The notes under the pieces: model-generated
The model's database searches: none
What the model was told of the DNA's origin: nothing
The model's input: only the letters and a program-made list of their open reading frames with translations
Shown: piece by piece, positions 54,822 through 64,000 of the stretch
How the letters are laid out: each line of letters starts with the position of its first letter
Numbering within the stretch: position 1 is the first letter of the stretch
Made by a program: the position numbers and the translations under genes
Origin: Chiloscyllium plagiosum
Taxonomy: Eukaryota
NCBI RefSeq assembly: GCF_004010195.1
Contig: NC_057718.1
Span: 63,408,012-63,472,011, forward strand
Direction of reading: 5' to 3'
Length of the DNA stretch: 64,000 bases

Positions 54822-55085
54822 ATTAGGTTCCTTACAGTGTGGAAACAGGCCCTTCGGCCCAACCAGTCCACACTGACCCATTTCTCTCTGACTAATGCAC
54901 CTAACACTATGGACAATTTAGCATGGCCAATTCACCTGACCTGCACATCTTTGGATTGTGGGAGGAAACCTGTGCAAACTGGGGAGAATATGCAAAATCC
55001 ACACAATCGCCAGAGGCTGGAATTGAACCTAGGACCCTGGTGCTGTAAGGCAGTGGTGCTAACCATTGAGCCACTGTCCCGCCCC
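54822..55085 (-). mobile_element. HE1-type V-SINE
   Basis: Tail, V-domain and head with internal deletions. Confidence 0.85.
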
Positions 55086-56229
55086 ATTATCATTGATTGT
55101 ATTCTCTACCTTAACAAAGAATGTGAGGTGATTTAATTGAAGCACAAAATTTTAATGGGCTGGGACAGAGGGTTTCAGATACAATGTGCAGAAACTTGTA
55201 CGGTATGAGCAATGTGGGTTATGACAAGATATATGCAGAATTGAACAAGAGGCATATCTTAATGCCAGGAGTACCTCGCTTCAATGTTTTAACGCTTTTG
55301 ATGAGTGGCTAGGCGAATTTCTTACTGGGCAGCACCAGTTGCCAATTGAGAAGGTTTATAGTTGCTGAACACCTTATTAATTCCACAACTTGCCTCACTA
55401 ATATTAAGTTTCATGTCTTATCAACCAAGCCAAATAAACAGAAGTTGAGAATTATCAACATGAAAGTCAGAGTGGGGGGCCTGGTGACTTCCGCTTGCCA
55501 TTGGCTGCAAGAAGCCTCTGTGTTGGTCAGGAACGAACAGAGCGTCAGGACATGATTTGTGTGCACCCTTCATCCACAGATATTGGCATCAGAATATTGC
55601 CAACCACTCGTTGACTATCCTGGCCCCTCTCAAGCACACTTGCAGGCTGCTGAGAAAGGACAGACTTGCATTGCAAGATGAATCAGCAACCAGCTCTAAA
55701 CAGCCGCCATAAGGATAGTTTACATGCAGCAACAAGCACCCAACTTGGATTGACCAGGCTGCATTTCAAGGCAGCTTCCCTTGATCTCTTTGCACTCTCA
55801 CATTTAGCACCTATTTGCATACTCGCACCATTCATGTCTTGTCTCACTTTACTATGTCTATATATGCAGTTAAATGACCAGACAGCAAGCTTTGTTGGTC
55901 AGCAGTTCTCAGTCAATGGGCATATTTCTTGTTGTATGGCAAAATGTTAAATCAATCTCGCATTTGCATCACGTAACAGCAGCTTAACATAATACTATAA
56001 AATGCAGGAGCAGGAGTAGGGCCTTTAGCCCATTGAGTCTGCTTTACCATTCAATGAGATCGTAGCTAATCTGATAATCCCCAATTTCCACTTTGCTGCA
56101 TTGCCTTCTTAATCCTTGATTCCCCTACTACTTAAAAATCTGTCTAGCTCAGTGTTCTAAATTCCCAAGCGACTCAACATCTCCTCATAAGACTCTGGCA
56201 CTAGGATTAAGGATAGGTAATATCTTCAG

Positions 56230-57168
56230 GGCCTTGTGTTGAGCTCTCGAGCTGAACAGTCAGCCTTTACTTATAAAGTGACATAAACAACTTTGTTTAC
56301 ATTCTGCACTTTACAATAATTCAAGATAAGGATAAGCACAGTGCAGCTATCATCTTTGTTCTTTGATGTTGCTTAAGGACAGAGAAGCTTAACGAGCTCA
56401 AGCTTCTCCTCAAACATTTCAAGCACAACATTAAAAGGTGAGATTGAGAAGCTAGAAATCATTGTATACATCGGTAGGAATGACATTTTTAGGGGAAAGA
56501 TTAAAGTAGTACAGAGTGAATTTAAAAGGTAAAGTAGATTAAAAACTAGAACCTTCAAAATAGTCATTTCTGGTTTACTCCCAATGCCAAACTCAAATAA
56601 GGGAAGCAACAATAGGTTAAGAGAAATAAATCAATGGCTGAAGACCTGGTGTATTTTCAAGGATTCAGGTTTTTGGACAATTGGAATGTCTTTTGGTTAG
56701 AAAAGACCTGTTCAAACAGGATGGGTCTAACCTTGTGGAAGTAGTAAGATCAATGCTGCATGATGGGATACTTGACCAAGGTAAAAGGTATCTTGGCTCT
56801 CAGACTCTTGCTTTATTAGAAAGATACTGCTGGAGATAAAGACTGAGGATGTATAATTATAATTTGATGAAATATAGGGAGTACAGAGGAACTTCGATTA
56901 TCCGAACACCAATTATCTGAAAATTGGATTATCCGAAGGAGATCTCGAGGTCCTGATAGAAACATTACATCAAAGACATGTTTCCAACAGTGATCAGTGA
57001 TTAAACAGGCACCGTCTCCAAATGACTGACCTCCCGCCCTCTCTCTCTGCCCACACTTTCCTTGGAGTTCTACAGTGGGGTGTACTCTACCCCCCCCTTC
57101 CCCAGATAATCTGACCAACATTGTCCTGTACAGGGCAGAGGTGGAACCTGTCAAAAAGTTGCAGTAAA

Positions 57169-57207
<39 letters not shown>

Positions 57208-57741
57208 ATATTGAAGACTTACCCCACAAAGGCAGCAGCAGTCTTATTGTTGGTGTCCAGTCCNNNNNGGGTGTGGAGTTGGCCTGGGGCTGGAGGGGGG
57301 CAGTGTTGGATGGGGTAGGGGGCTGGGGGAGTTGTTGGAGGGGCAGGCGGGGGACGGGGGCAGTGTTGGACAGGGTTGGGGGAGTGGGAGGCGGTGTTGA
57401 CCGGGGGCTCGCACCATGCTGTGTGCTTCTACGGTCTCCTGAACGGGGAGTAGCCTTTAAAAACTCTGAGCCCCAGAGGAAAGGCATTTAATGAATTTAC
57501 CGAATAATCAATTATCCGAACGAAATAGTGCCCACCCATCACGTTCGGATAATCGAGGTTCCCCTGTACAACATCAGCTCGTTAAAGGGGGTGCTTCTTG
57601 AGCTCGTAAAGCTTCTCTGTCCTTGAGCATTGTGCTTATCCTTGTCTTGAATTATTGTAAAGTGTGGAATGTAAGCAAAGTTGTTTGTATCACTTTATAC
57701 GTAAAGGTTGACTGTTCAGCTTAAGAGCTAAACACAAGGCC
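56230..57741. mobile_element. Element bounded by about 145-bp inverted repeats (56230-56402 and 57597-57741), containing a CR1 ORF1 fragment and a nested MITE
   Basis: Left GGCCTTGTGTTGAGCTCTCGAGCTGAACAGTCAGCCTTTAC...GGACAGAGAAGCTTAACGAGCTCAAG matches the reverse complement of the right arm, with scattered substitutions and one indel of about 28 bp. Confidence 0.75.
56884..57566. mobile_element. Non-autonomous Tc1/mariner (pogo/Tigger-like) DNA transposon
   Basis: 24-bp TIRs CAGAGGAACTTCGATTATCCGAAC / GTTCGGATAATCGAGGTTCCCCTG, TA on both sides, subterminal ATTATCCGAA repeats; internal (TG)n at 57171-57204. Confidence 0.88.
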
Positions 57742-58290
57742 TCGATTAGAATGGGGGGTAGGGGTCAGTTCAGTCCAAGGATAATGACATTTGCTGTCAG
57801 TGTGGTTGGAAGGGTCATTGGGCTAGAGACTGTCAGGTGCAGTTAGCTGCTCCTCCTACAACTGCAGGAATTCAGCCCTTTGTGCATGTTCCAACATTTA
57901 CACTCACGGACCCCTTCCAGTCTACACAATTCTGTACAGAAAGACCCCATACAGACAACAAGCAAAACTAATATCATTTATAAAGTACCTTGCAAGAACT
58001 GTAACAAACACTACATTGGACAAACAGGCAGAAAACTAGCTACCAGGATACATGAACACCAACTAACCACAAAAGGATATGATCCACTCTCACTAGTATC
58101 ATTACATACAGATAAGGAAGGACACCACTTAGACTGGGACAACACATCCATCCTAGGACAAGCCAAATAGCGACACACACGAGAATTCCTAGAAGCATGG
58201 CATTCCAACCCGAACTCTATCAACAAACACAATGACTTGGATCCCATTTACCAAGGTTGTAAAAACAATGACTGCAGATGCTGGAAACCA

Positions 58291-58452
58291 GATTCTGGAT
58301 TAGGGTGGTGCTGGAAAAGCACAGCAGTACAGGCAGCATCCGAGGAGCAGGAAAATCGACATTTCGGGCTTTTGCCCGAAATGTCGATTTTCCTGCTCCT
58401 CGGATGCTGCCTGTACTGCTGTGCTTTTCCAGCACCACGCCAATCCAGAATC
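58291..58452. repeat. Near-perfect hairpin (79-bp arms, TTTT loop) made from a Penelope terminal repeat
   Basis: Arms 58291-58369 and 58374-58452 with 2 mismatches; TSD ATCCCATTTACCAA at 58241-58254 and 58450-58463. Confidence 0.93.
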
Positions 58453-58581
58453 CCATTTACCAACCCTTGAGAGAAAAAAAACAGGAAATGACATCACCCC
58501 AGGAAATGACATCACCAACCCAAGGAAACCGAAACACAAAAATAGAAAGCGGGCTACACCATCAGTGCTTCACCTGGAGGC

Positions 58582-58621
58582 TCACTGACGATGTTACCTA
58601 GTATGGTGACGAAACATCTGA
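58582..58621 (+). ncRNA. Minimal hammerhead ribozyme-like motif
   Basis: TCA-CTGACGA-T-GTTACC-TAGTAT-GGTGAC-GAAA-CA-TC-TGA; stem I TCA/TGA; 6-bp stem II with one G-U pair. Confidence 0.6.
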
Positions 58622-61621
58622 AAACAAACCATCCAGCTCAGCGAGCAAACCTACATCCACACAAGACAAAAATGTGAGGTTGTTTAAGAAGCACCTGCTG
58701 ATAGTGAGACAAACCTATCCCATACTGAGGCAAGGAAGGGATGGTAGTTGAAAGAATCTTGGGTGACCAGGGATATGGAACATCTAGTCAAGAGGAAGAA
58801 GCAGTTTGGATTAGAAACTGGCTTTCTGAAAGAAGGCAGTGAGTGGTGGTTGATGGAAAATATTCAGCATGGAGTCTGGTTAGGAGTGGTGTGCCACAAG
58901 GATCTGTTTTGGGACCATTGCTATTTGTCATTTTTATAAATGACTTAGATGCAGGCATAGGTGGATGGATTAGTAAATTTGCAGATGGCACTAAAATCAG
59001 TGGGGTAGTGGACAGTTCGAAAGAATGTTACAGGTTGCAGGGGGGCTTGGATAAACTGCAGAATTGGGCTGAGAGGTGGCAAATGGAGTTCAATGTCTAC
59101 ATGCAGGTTGAGTCCGTGATTAAGAAAGCGAATGCAATGTTGTCTCTTATCTCAAGAGGGTTGGAATATAAAAGCAGAGATGTACTACTGAGACTTTATA
59201 AAGCTCTGGTTAGGCCCCATTTGGAGTACTGTGTCCAGTTTTGGTACCCACACCTCAGGAAGGACATACTGGCACTGGAACGTGTCCAGCGGAGATTCAC
59301 ACGGATGATCCCTGGAATGACAGGTCTAACATATGAGGAACGGCTGAGGATACTGGGATTGTATTCGTTGGAGTTTAGAAGATTAAGGGGAGACTTAATA
59401 GAGACATACAAAATAATACATGGCTTGGAAAAGGTGGATGCTAGGAAATTGTTTCCGTTAAACGAGGAGACTAGGACCCGTGGACACAGCCTTAGAATTA
59501 GAGGGGGTCATTTCAGAACAGAAATGCGGAGACATTTCTTCAGCCAGAGAGTGGTGGGCCTGTGGAATTCATTGCCACGGAGTGCAGTGGAAGCCGGGAC
59601 GCTAAATGTCTTCAAGGCCGAGATTGATAGATTCTTGTTGTCTAGAGGAATTAAGGGCTACGGGGAGAACGCTGGTAAGTGGAGCTGAAATGCGCATCAG
59701 CCATGATTGAATGGCGGAGTGGACTCGATGGGCCGAATGGCCTTACTTCCACTCCTATGTCTTATGGTCTTATGGTCAATGTAGCTAAATGTGAGGTGAT
59801 GCACTTTGGGAAGAATAACAGGAAGGCATAGTACTAGTGTGGATGTGCAGAGGGATCTTGGAGTTCATGCACATAGATCCCTGAAAGCTGCCATCCAGGT
59901 TGATAGTGCTGTTAAGAATGCACACGTTGCGTTAGGTTTCATTCGTAGAGGGATTGAGTTCCGAAGCCGCAATATCATGCTGCAACTATACAAAACGGTG
60001 GTGCGGCCACACTTGGAATATTATGTACAGTTCTGATCGCCATATTTTGGGAAGGATGTGGAAGCATTGGAAAAGGTGCAGAGGAGGTTTACCAGGATGT
60101 TGCCTGGTCTGGAGGGAAGGTCTTATGAGGAAAGGCTGAGAGACTTGGGTCTGTTCTCATTGGAAAGAAGATGGCTAAGAGGGGATTTGATAGAGACATA
60201 TAAGATGATCAGAGGATTAGATAGGGTAGATAGTGAAAGTGTCTCCTAGGATAATGACGTCAGTGTGTACGAGGGAGCATAACTACAATTTAAGGGGTGA
60301 TAGATTTAAGACATATTAGCGAATTTTGAGAAGATTTGTAGCTCAGGTTGAGGTTTTGGATGTAGGTTTGCTCGCTGAGCTGAAAGCATATATATCAGAG
60401 GCAGGTTCTTTACTCAGAGAGTGGTAACGGCGTGGAATGCCCTACCTGCCAATTTAGTCAACTCAGCCACATTAGGGAGATTTAAACAATCCTTGGATAA
60501 GCACAAGGATGATGATGGGATAGTGTAGGGGGACGAGCTCAGAATAGTTCACAGGTCGGTGCAACATCGAGGGCCAAAGGGCCTGTTTTGCACTGTATTA
60601 TTCTATGTTCTAAGGAAGCTTACTTAAGGTTGAAGAGACAAGGATCTGACAGGGCTTTAGAGGGTTACAAGGTAGCCAGGAAGGAGCTGAAGAATGGACT
60701 TAGGAGAGCTAGCAGGGGTCATGAAAACACTTTAGCGGGTAGGATTAAGGAAAACCTTAAGGCATTCTACGCTTATGTGAGGAACAAGAGGATGGCTGGA
60801 GTGAGGGTAGGGCTGATCAGGGATACTGGAGGGAACTTGCACCTGGAGTCAAAGAAGGTAGCGAAGGTCCTTAATTAATACTTTGCTTCAGTATTCACTA
60901 GTGAGAAGGACCTTGGGAGGACAGCGTGAAATAGACTGATATGCTCAAACAGGTTGATGATAAAGGAGGAGGATGTGCTGCAAGTTTTGAAAAACATAAT
61001 GACAGATAAATCCCCTGGGCCAGATGGGATATACCCTATGTTACCAGAGGAAGCGAGGAAAGAGATTGCTGTGCCTTTGACAATGATCCTTGCGTCCTCA
61101 CTGTCCACTGGAGTAATGCCAGATGATTGGAGGGTGGCAATTTTATTCCTTTGTTCAAGAAAAGAAATAGGGATAATCCTGGGAATTACAGACTAGTTAT
61201 TCTTACATCTGTAGTGGGCAAAGTATGGGAGAGAATGCTGAGAGATAGGATTTATGATTATTTGGAAAACCATAGCTTGATTAGAGATAGTTAGCATGGC
61301 TTTGTAAGGGGCAGGTCATGCCTCACAAACCTTATTGAATTCTTTGAGAATGTGACAAAATACGCTGATGAAGATAGAGCAATGATGTGGTGTACATGGA
61401 TTTTAGCAAGGCATTTGATAAGGTTCCCCATGGGAGGCTCATTCAGAAAGTAAGGAGACATGGGATACAGGGAAATTTGGCCGTCTGGCTACAGAATTGG
61501 CTGGTGCATAGAAGATAGAGGGTGGTGGTAGATGGAAAGTATTCAGCTTGGAGCTTGGTAACCAGTTGTATTCTACAGGAATCAGTTCTGGAACCTCTGC
61601 TCTTTGTGATTTTTAAAAATG

Positions 61622-61952
61622 ATTAGATTAGATTCCCTGTAGTGTGGAAACAGGCCCTTTGGCCCAACAAGTCCGTATCGACCCACTGAAGAGTAACCCA
61701 CCCAGACCCATTCCCACACCCAATATTACCCCTGACTAATGCACCTCAAACTTTGGGCAATTTAGCATGGCCGATTCACCTAACCTGCACATCTTTTGAG
61801 TGTAGGAGGAAACCAGAACACCTGGAGGAAACCCACACAGACACAGGGAGAATGTGCAAATTCCACACAGACAGTTACCCGAGATGGGAATCGAACCCGG
61901 GTCCCTAGCGCTGTGAGGCAGCAGTGCTAACCACTGAGCCACCATGCTGCCC
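61622..61952 (-). mobile_element. HE1-type V-SINE inserted in CR1 copy A
   Basis: Full head, V-domain and (AATCT)n tail; splits the CR1 RT just before DLNEEVEGWVSKFADD. Confidence 0.9.
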
Positions 61953-62594
61953 TGACTTGAATGAGGAAGTGGAAGGGTGGGTTAGTAAGTTTGCTGATGA
62001 TATGAAGGTTGGTGGAGTTGTGGATAGTGTGAAAGGGTCATGTAGGTTGCAACCGGACATTGACAGGATGCAGAAATGGGCTGATAAGTGGCAGATGGAG
62101 TTCAACCTGGCAAAGTTGTGAAGTGATTCACTTTGGAAAGCCAAATTTGAATGTAGAATACAGGGTTAAAGGCGGAATTATTGGCAGTGTGGAGGAGCAG
62201 AGGGATCTTGGCGTCCATGTCCAAAGATCCCTTAAAGTTGCCACCCAAATTGATAGGGTTGTTAAGAAGGCATATAGTGTGTTGGTTTTCATAGCAGGGG
62301 GACTAAGTTCAAGAGTTGCAAGGTTATAGAGCTCTGGTCAGACCACACTTGGAATATCATGTTCAGTTCTGGTCGCCTCATTATAAGAAAAATGTGGAAG
62401 CTTTAGAAAGGGTGCAGAGGAGATTTACCAGGATGCTGCCTGGACTGGATGGCATGTCTTATGATGAAAGGTTGAGGGAGCTATGGCTTTTCTCATTGGA
62501 GCGAAGAAGGATGAGAGGTGACTTGATAGAGGTGTACAAGATTATAAGAGGCATAGATAGAGTTGTTAGCCAGAGACTTTTTCCCATTGCAGAA

Positions 62595-62968
62595 ATGTCT
62601 ATCATGACGGGACATATTTTTAAGGTAATTGGAGGGAATGTTTAGGGGAGATTTCAGAGGTAGATTCTTTACACAGATAATGGTGGGTGCGTGAAATGCA
62701 CTGCCAGCAGTGGTACTAGAGTCTGATATATTAGGGACATTTAAGCGACTCTTGGATAGGCATATGGAAGATGGTACAATGATGTCTATCATGACGGGAC
62801 ATATTTTTAAGGTAATTGGAGGGAATGTTTAGGGGAGATTTCAGAGGTAGATTCTTTACACAGATAATGGTGGGTGCGTGAAATGCACTGCCAGCAGTGG
62901 TACTAGAGTCTGATATATTAGGGACATTTAAGCGACTCTTGGATAGGCATATGGAAGATGGTACAATG
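62595..62968. repeat. Tandem duplication of 187 bp in CR1 copy A
   Basis: 62595-62781 and 62782-62968 look identical by eye. Confidence 0.93.
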
Positions 62969-63769
62969 AAGGGGATGTAGGTTAATCTGATCTTAGAGTA
63001 GGATAAAAGGCCGACGCAACATTGAGGGCCAAAGGGCTTCTACTGTGCTGTACTGTTCTAAAAGAATGTGTCATTAAAAAATTCAAGTTTATGAAGGAAT
63101 TTGACAGGATGTTTACAGTAAGGTTGATTCCCCTGTCTTTGGAGTTCTAGAATAAAGTGGCACAATTTAGGATAAGGGGCTGAACCTTTAGGAGTCAGAT
63201 CAGGAGAAAATTTTTTATCATTTCAAGGGGTGTGAATCTTTGGAATTCTTTATGTTAGGCGGTTCTGGATGTGTCATGATTGAATCTATTTAAGGCTAAG
63301 ATAGATTCTTGGTCGATTAGGAAATCAAGGGATGGTAGGCGAGTGGGAATGTAGACTTTACGCCGATGATCAGTTACCAGGTGTCCCGGTTTCCTCCCAC
63401 AGCCCAAAAATGTGTAAGTTAGGCAGATTGGCCAAAGGAAATGCCCTGTGGTGTCTGGAAATGTGCAAGCTAAGTGGGCTAGCCATGGGAAATGTGGGGT
63501 TACAGGTTGGGGTGGGGGCAGGAGCGTGGGGCGAGTTCTGGATGGGATGCTCTTCAGAGGATCGATGTAGACTCATGGGTCAAATAGCCTCTTTCTGCAC
63601 TAGAAGGATTCTATGATCACACTAAACAGCAAAGCAGGGTTGATGGGGCATATAGTTTTTCTCTGCTCCTATTTCGTGTATTTTTACTTTTATGATTGAA
63701 ATTGAACAGTTTTGTTCCACTGCAAAAGCTGTATGGAAATTTATACCATTAGTACTGACAACCATGTTG

Positions 63770-63980
63770 TGTCTAAAAGTGTGGCGCTGTAAAATCACAG
63801 CAGGTCAGGCAGCATTCGAGGAGCAGGAGAATTGATGTTCCAGACATAAAACCTTCATGAAGGGCTTATGCTTGAAACGTTGACTCTCCTGTTCCTTAGA
63901 ATTTGCCTGACCTGTTGTGCTTTTCCAGCTCCACACTTTTAGACTTTGACTCCCCAGCATCTGCAGTCCTCACTTTCTCC
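63770..63980 (+). mobile_element. Fold-back Penelope-like terminal repeat (older)
   Basis: GTCTAAAAGTGTGG...CCTTCATGAAGG...CCACACTTTTAGAC inverted arms with the apex at about 63857. Confidence 0.8.
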
Positions 63981-64000
63981 AAAGGATAAAGATTGGTGTT

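Larger units (their letters stand above)
57930..58660 (+). mobile_element. Penelope-like element 3' end (GIY-YIG plus terminal repeat), interrupted by a fold-back insertion at 58255-58449
   Basis: TNIIYKVPCKNCNKHYIGQTGRKLATRIHEH...REFLEAWHS GIY-YIG motifs. Confidence 0.88.
58670..63060 (+). mobile_element. Three nested CR1 LINE copies: A (58670-58802 and 60612-63060), B (58803-59096 and 59778-60611), C (59097-59777)
   Basis: A breaks at LVKRKK and resumes at KEAYLRL; B breaks at WQMEFNV and resumes at AKCEVMHFG, with TCAATGT duplicated; C is an open RT C-terminus with a TCTTATGG-repeat tail. Confidence 0.9.

Overview
Eukaryotic genomic DNA, most likely from a shark. The repeat content (HE1/V-SINE-type SINEs with (AATCT)n tails, abundant CR1 LINEs, Penelope-like elements) is typical of elasmobranchs. 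Three host genes are visible. (1) The first coding exon of SEC23B on the minus strand (5639-5874), with a candidate CRE-rich promoter at about 20.2-20.45 kb. (2) A complete five-exon RBBP9 serine hydrolase gene on the plus strand (24577-40028, 191 aa), head-to-head with SEC23B as in human. (3) The terminal coding exon and about 2.6 kb 3' UTR of a PDE10A-like gene on the minus strand (51321-54039). Most of the rest is transposable-element DNA, often nested several layers deep: CR1, L1/Tx1, SINEs, Penelope-like elements with minimal hammerhead-ribozyme motifs and 14-17 bp target-site duplications, a Tigger/pogo-like MITE, a long-inverted-repeat element enclosing a CR1 ORF1 fragment, a decayed Gypsy pol, and a decayed endogenous-retrovirus integrase/env remnant. 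I see no clearly new biological system. The best leads are the ERV env remnant, the PDE10A-like neighbour and the hammerhead-centred fold-back Penelope copies. Exon coordinates are exact; most repeat boundaries are approximate. All homology calls are from recognition by eye, not from database searches.
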